A stretch of 51,261 nt of DNA. Origin: a virus. Lineage: Duplodnaviria > Caudoviricetes. This document shows, piece after piece, positions 47,241-51,261 of this stretch. Made by a program: the position numbers and the translations under genes. Below the pieces are notes generated by a model, which had not been told where the DNA came from, ran no database searches, and saw only the letters and a program-made list of their open reading frames with translations. Positions within the stretch are counted from its first letter, which is position 1. Every line of letters starts with the position of its first letter. Location of the stretch: positions 1-51,261 of the IMG/VR virus record IMGVR_UViG_3300036790_000209. The stretch is one strand, 5' to 3'.

Positions 47241-48493
47241 CAGCTGACTCCCTTCATTCCCAGTGGATTAGTAGATTCATCAAACGGTCCCCAATTCCCC
47301 CCTTCGGCGGACATCGAAACCTCGGCACCGATCGTCAAACCGTCCAGCTCAAAAATAGGGGAAGTAAAAACGCTCTGGAACGCCTCCACGACCTCCTGAG
47401 CGCGCCCCATGGGCGGTACGGCCAGCAGGCTGTCGTGCACCGGCAGACGCAGCCAGGGCGCGATTGGCGACCCCCATAGGGCGATGATGAAATTATCCTG
47501 GATCATCGAAGCGGCTGTTTGCGGCCTGCACGCAATCGCTCGCTTAGCGTCATCCCCCAGCACGTAACACTGTCTGCGCCGATCCCACCCAAATACGTGA
47601 AAGAAGCGGTGCCGGGTGCCGAAAGGAGTAGTAAGATACCGATCGTGGGCAGCCTGCTTCAAGGTAGCGTCCCACCAACGCTTCAAGTCCTCCCCCGGCT
47701 CCGTCGCAAGGAGTGTATTCTGTAACCTTCTTGCCACGGCCGTAGTCGGGAACTCATCGGGATACTCATCGTGCATCCGCTCCGGGGTGCCCCGATACGC
47801 CGTTAAGTGCACAACTCGTTTGGCTACTTCCCTTGATTCCTTGGAGTATCGTTTCTTAGCCGCTCGACAGGAAGCCCGGAGGGTTTCAATGTCTGTGTCA
47901 AGCGAAATTGGTTCACCATGTACGACGGAGTTGAACCAATCGTGAATGCCGCATTTGGCGAGCCGTATGTAACGCTCAGATCGAGCGAAGTACCCCACCA
48001 GGACGGCCTCAATAGCCGAACTGTCAACCTCAACAATAACGTGGCCAGGAGGAGCGACAACCATGCGGCGGAATTCATTCGCAAGTTCCGAGCGCTTGGG
48101 AATGTTTTGCAGGTTATAGTCCCTTGCGGATTTCCTCCAGGTAGAAGGATGATGTCCGATTGTTGTGTGAACCCTGTTGTCATGGTCCAGGCTCCATTTA
48201 TAAGTGGAAACCATCTTCCAGCGCTCGCGACAGTCGAGTATGAGTCGAAAGACAGGATGTTTCTTAGCGGCCTGCTTCAGATACTTCTTCTCGGTCGAGA
48301 GGGCGTCTTCGGAGTCGCTGTCCCGGCGCTTGGGCAAGCGCACGCCTAAATGGCCAGCCAACCGAATCACGTCGTCTTGAGAGTCAGGGTTGAACGGCTC
48401 AATGCGCATGAAGCGGTCAGGCAGCGAAGGGCGTTTACGTTTAGGCTGCTCTGCCGCGTCTAACTCATCCAGCAGTTTAGCGAGATCAGTCAA
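47240..48493 (-). CDS. polA: Family A DNA polymerase, C-terminal polymerase part
   Basis: FNPDS, NLQNIPKR, motif A VDSSAIE, motif B REVAKRVVHLTAY, motif C VHDS. Confidence 0.9.
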   Translation of the reverse strand: MTDLAKLLDELDAAEQPKRKRPSLPDRFMRIEPFNPDSQDDVIRLAGHLGVRLPKRRDSDSEDALSTEKKYLKQAAKKHPVFRLILDCRERWKMVSTYKWSLDHDNRVHTTIGHHPSTWRKSARDYNLQNIPKRSELANEFRRMVVAPPGHVIVEVDSSAIEAVLVGYFARSERYIRLAKCGIHDWFNSVVHGEPISLDTDIETLRASCRAAKKRYSKESREVAKRVVHLTAYRGTPERMHDEYPDEFPTTAVARRLQNTLLATEPGEDLKRWWDATLKQAAHDRYLTTPFGTRHRFFHVFGWDRRRQCYVLGDDAKRAIACRPQTAASMIQDNFIIALWGSPIAPWLRLPVHDSLLAVPPMGRAQEVVEAFQSVFTSPIFELDGLTIGAEVSMSAEGGNWGPFDESTNPLGMKGVS

Positions 48494-48511
48494 TGTAATT
48501 CCATCCCTTCG

Positions 48512-49939
48512 CTATGAGGATGCGTCCTTCGTCGTTGATGAAGGCGAGTGGGATGGTTCCGCTGGAATTCCACAAGATGACTTGCCACCCAGACTCGGGA
48601 ATAACTCGATCACCCCGGTCAAGTCCTTGGGTGCCCGCTTCCAAAACTTTCGCTTTTTTACACTGTCCGGGACCGCGAGTTGCAGCCTTGCGTTGGCGTC
48701 TTCCCATTCATCCTCCAACCGGTCCATGAAAACCTTCTGCCGCTCCACGTCCACGTTAAGCCCGCGCTCACCCATGACTCTTAGGGGCTCATCAACGAGG
48801 ATGCAATGGCGTTCGAAGCCTTCCCACCTGCCATCCTTCACAAGAATTGCCTTGGTGCCCATGTAGACATCCATCGTAACGGCGTTATCCATTGCGTTAT
48901 ACCACGCAGGCCGCGCTTGGGACTCCGACTTCCACGGCGGTCCACCATAGAAGAAAGGGGCGACCAAGCCCAAGCCCTTTCGGAGGTCCGATTCAAGCCA
49001 GTGCCACGCCCACATACTCGACACGATGCGAGCTGGCAGTCGCAGGCCCGCGTGACGCAATCGTCGGCTATCAAAGTGATTGTCGGCATGTTCAACCATT
49101 TCGTCTGCTGCATCCAGGGCCTCCTGCAAGATGCCGATATAAGGCTCCATCCACGGGAAGGAAATCGCGGTGCCCTGACGCACGCTAAAGCCCGCTCTCA
49201 CGATCGTCCAACTGGCTCCTTCCTGTTCGATTTCTTCTTCGTCCAGGCGATCGCTCTCGGGAGTTTCAATGTCCACGATGAGCGTCGGTATGCGTCCTGT
49301 AGCCAGCAGGCCGCTGCGCAGGTAAACTCTAGCCTCCTCGATGGGAGGGTCAAGCAAGAGGTCATAATGCGTAGGCTCGAATGTTCCATGAGCAATGGTT
49401 CTTGCGCGGTTGAGCGCGAACAGCACGGCCGCGTTTAACTTTTGCTGTCCTCGCTGAACGAAGGATGGATGATAGGTTGGCACAGCGAACACTCCATAGG
49501 GAGTGGGCAATACATAACCGGCAGCGGCCTCGATTCCACTGATTCCGCATATGCGGCGCAGTGCGACATTGCCCATCGGCACAATGACTTTCGGGGACAT
49601 TCGTTCGATGAGGCCGTCCAGGTTGGGCCTACAGTGTTCGATGGCCGCATTGGCGTCCTTATAGCGATTGGGGTAATCCATCCACCCAAGCCGAGTGGGT
49701 TTACACCAAATACTATTGGCTACCATAGTGTCGCCCCGGTCGATATTCACTAATTGAAGTTGGCGATTGAGCATCCCCCCGGCTGCGCCTACAAAGGGCC
49801 TTCCTTCCTTGATCTCATCGATCCATGGAGAGTCCCCAATTATCAGGATGCCGCTGGTCCCGGCGCCGTCGGGGGGAATGAAGCGGATTCCCAGGTCACG
49901 ATGAGGGCAATCTACACAGAATGGTCCGTTAGGAGTCAA
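48512..49939 (-). CDS. Uracil-DNA glycosylase (family 4-like) fused to 3'-5' exonuclease; N-terminal part of PolA
   Basis: CxxC, GRPFVGAAG, NSIWCKP, YHPS; exonuclease VDIET, FD, YNAMD. Confidence 0.88.
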   Translation of the reverse strand: MTPNGPFCVDCPHRDLGIRFIPPDGAGTSGILIIGDSPWIDEIKEGRPFVGAAGGMLNRQLQLVNIDRGDTMVANSIWCKPTRLGWMDYPNRYKDANAAIEHCRPNLDGLIERMSPKVIVPMGNVALRRICGISGIEAAAGYVLPTPYGVFAVPTYHPSFVQRGQQKLNAAVLFALNRARTIAHGTFEPTHYDLLLDPPIEEARVYLRSGLLATGRIPTLIVDIETPESDRLDEEEIEQEGASWTIVRAGFSVRQGTAISFPWMEPYIGILQEALDAADEMVEHADNHFDSRRLRHAGLRLPARIVSSMWAWHWLESDLRKGLGLVAPFFYGGPPWKSESQARPAWYNAMDNAVTMDVYMGTKAILVKDGRWEGFERHCILVDEPLRVMGERGLNVDVERQKVFMDRLEDEWEDANARLQLAVPDSVKKRKFWKRAPKDLTGVIELFPSLGGKSSCGIPAEPSHSPSSTTKDASS

Positions 49940-50376
49940 AAGGGTAGATCGTCCTCTCTGACTGGAGCACTTCCCTCGGTTATGCGATCGTCAGGGTCGC
50001 TGCCATTAGAGTCTAACCTTCTTCGTACCGGGGGAGATGGTGGCGTCGTCGCCGTCCAAGCATCCCTGAGGAGTGGTTGTCCATTCTCAGTAGCGAGTCC
50101 TATGGCAGCGAGAGGAGGGTTATGATCGACGTAGTAGGGGACGCTACCAATAGTGGAGACAGTATCAACGAGAACATTAAGTAGTTGGGATGATGTTTGA
50201 GGGTTGGTCAACCCCTCGCGCTCCCCAACTTGATCCCCCAACTGCTCCAGCGCCTCCGCGCACCGCTCCACGGCCGTAATCAACCGCTCCCGATCAAGAG
50301 CCGCGTCGTCCCCGCTTAGCTCAAAATTACTCCACAACTCACTGATTACCCTAGCTACCTTCCCTGTATTTGACAT
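49936..50376 (-). CDS. Hypothetical acidic protein
   Basis: GGAGG SD; TTGA overlap with the UDG-Pol gene; ends DDLPF. Confidence 0.6.
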   Translation of the reverse strand: MSNTGKVARVISELWSNFELSGDDAALDRERLITAVERCAEALEQLGDQVGEREGLTNPQTSSQLLNVLVDTVSTIGSVPYYVDHNPPLAAIGLATENGQPLLRDAWTATTPPSPPVRRRLDSNGSDPDDRITEGSAPVREDDLPF

Positions 50377-50395
50377 CGCTTAATCCCTCCACTCT

Positions 50396-50581
50396 CTAGG
50401 CTGGCGTCCCCTTCCAATGACCTATATGCCAGCCACCACAGAAGCCGCAATGATACACCTTCACATTCGACTCCCCGATGCCGTAGCGCAAGCGGGCGTA
50501 ATGCCGCATGGCGGCAGCCTCGGTAGAGTGTCTAATCTTGCCGTCGCACGCCTTCCTCCTAAGTCGGCGTTTAGAGGCCAT
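50396..50581 (-). CDS. Small Zn-finger protein
   Basis: C.GK...YHCGFCGGWHIG; AGGAGG SD. Confidence 0.7.
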   Translation of the reverse strand: MASKRRLRRKACDGKIRHSTEAAAMRHYARLRYGIGESNVKVYHCGFCGGWHIGHWKGTPA

Positions 50582-50590
50582 AATGGCCTC

Positions 50591-50941
50591 CTAAGTGAGA
50601 TACGGCGCGATAAATTTACGGGTTTCCGGTTTGAGGGCCGCATAGATTTCAACCAACCGAAGCAGCTTCACTAGCTCATCGGCCGGTTGAGTATCCTCGC
50701 GTGCTTCGGCGCGGCCGTCAACCTTTTTGCCGCTGTGCATCTGAAACTTATGCGACCCGAGCTTCTGGTTGCGTGTCGGGCCGTAGAAGCGCCGTTTGCA
50801 GTCCTTGCAGACTACGAATGGCCCTCGACTCTTGCGGGTACGTTTGACTGGATTCACCATGGAGCCGCCAAACTCACCCGACTCCGGCGGCGGTCCAGGA
50901 ATTGCTTGTGTCGTCGATGCTGCGGTCAAACTATCCATCAT
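50591..50941 (-). CDS. C2H2-type zinc-finger protein
   Basis: FVVCKDCKRRF...LGSHKFQMH; AGGAG SD. Confidence 0.65.
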   Translation of the reverse strand: MMDSLTAASTTQAIPGPPPESGEFGGSMVNPVKRTRKSRGPFVVCKDCKRRFYGPTRNQKLGSHKFQMHSGKKVDGRAEAREDTQPADELVKLLRLVEIYAALKPETRKFIAPYLT

Positions 50942-50974
50942 TGTTCTCCTCGTTGAGTTAGTTACTAAATCCAG

Positions 50975-51256
50975 CTACAACAGACGCGTGATGTCCTCAG
51001 GGGTTTCTTCAACCTCCAACTGAAAGCGGCCGTTAGATAGCCATACAGTCGTGGACTCGATAGCGAACTTGATGGCTGGACGCTCACTGCCATCTTCGAA
51101 GGCCACCTGGCGGCGAGTGCGATACAAAAAATCCACCTTTTCCAGGTCCAAGGTGACCGGCTCACGCCTGCAATACCCTTCCACGTTGTGCAGGTTCGCA
51201 GCGTCGCCTTCCCACTTTTTTCGCCACTCAATTTTCGTCAGCGTCATAAACTTCAT
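50975..51256 (-). CDS. FlbD-like small protein at the circular junction
   Basis: MKFMTLT...TTVWLSNG...VEETPEDITRLL; its G-rich SD lies at about 83-90 on the circle. Confidence 0.55.
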   Translation of the reverse strand: MKFMTLTKIEWRKKWEGDAANLHNVEGYCRREPVTLDLEKVDFLYRTRRQVAFEDGSERPAIKFAIESTTVWLSNGRFQLEVEETPEDITRLL

Positions 51257-51257
51257 A
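51181..51257. repeat. Terminal direct repeat, right copy
   Basis: Identical to 1-77, then 4 divergent nt (ACTT). Confidence 0.95.
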
Positions 51258-51261
51258 ACTT

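Noticed and set aside
48486-48707. Alternative-frame ORF across the polA break as an intron, intein or separate gene
   Set aside because: No intein or intron hallmarks and no clear SD; the polA halves are already in frame
51181-51261. 77-bp repeat as a biological terminal repeat
   Set aside because: The length equals a common assembly k-mer and it falls within a coding region; it is best explained as a circular overlap
1-51261. Genome-wide TAG recoding
   Set aside because: Many genes end at TAG with the next gene close behind (e.g. 753, 11025, 28347), and standard-code ORFs tile the genome

Overview
The window is an apparently complete, circularly assembled ~51.2-kb tailed-phage genome: positions 1-77 recur exactly at 51181-51257. 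The virion module looks podovirus-like (TerL, portal, scaffold, HK97-type capsid, adaptor/nozzle, ejection proteins, no tape measure), and no integrase or repressor is evident. The host is probably Acidobacteriota, inferred from the Ig-like domain types and signal-peptide style. The leftward early arm carries a Sak4/Cas4-like exonuclease/SSB recombination module, a MazG-like gene, many small genes, and a UDG-exonuclease-PolA whose halves are in frame and separated by one TAG. An MCM-like AAA+ helicase gene is divergently transcribed. The top finding is a phage-encoded, apparently complete ubiquitin-like conjugation operon at 9119-12609 (-): Ubl ending in Gly, E2-like, small basic ORF, ThiF/E1, 32-aa membrane peptide and JAB protease. 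A DUF6527-like gene sits separately among the ejection genes. The second major oddity is four consecutive Cys-rich fibre/adhesin-like genes (37187-44567) that all start with Sec-type signal peptides. All calls come from reading motifs by eye; no searches were run.
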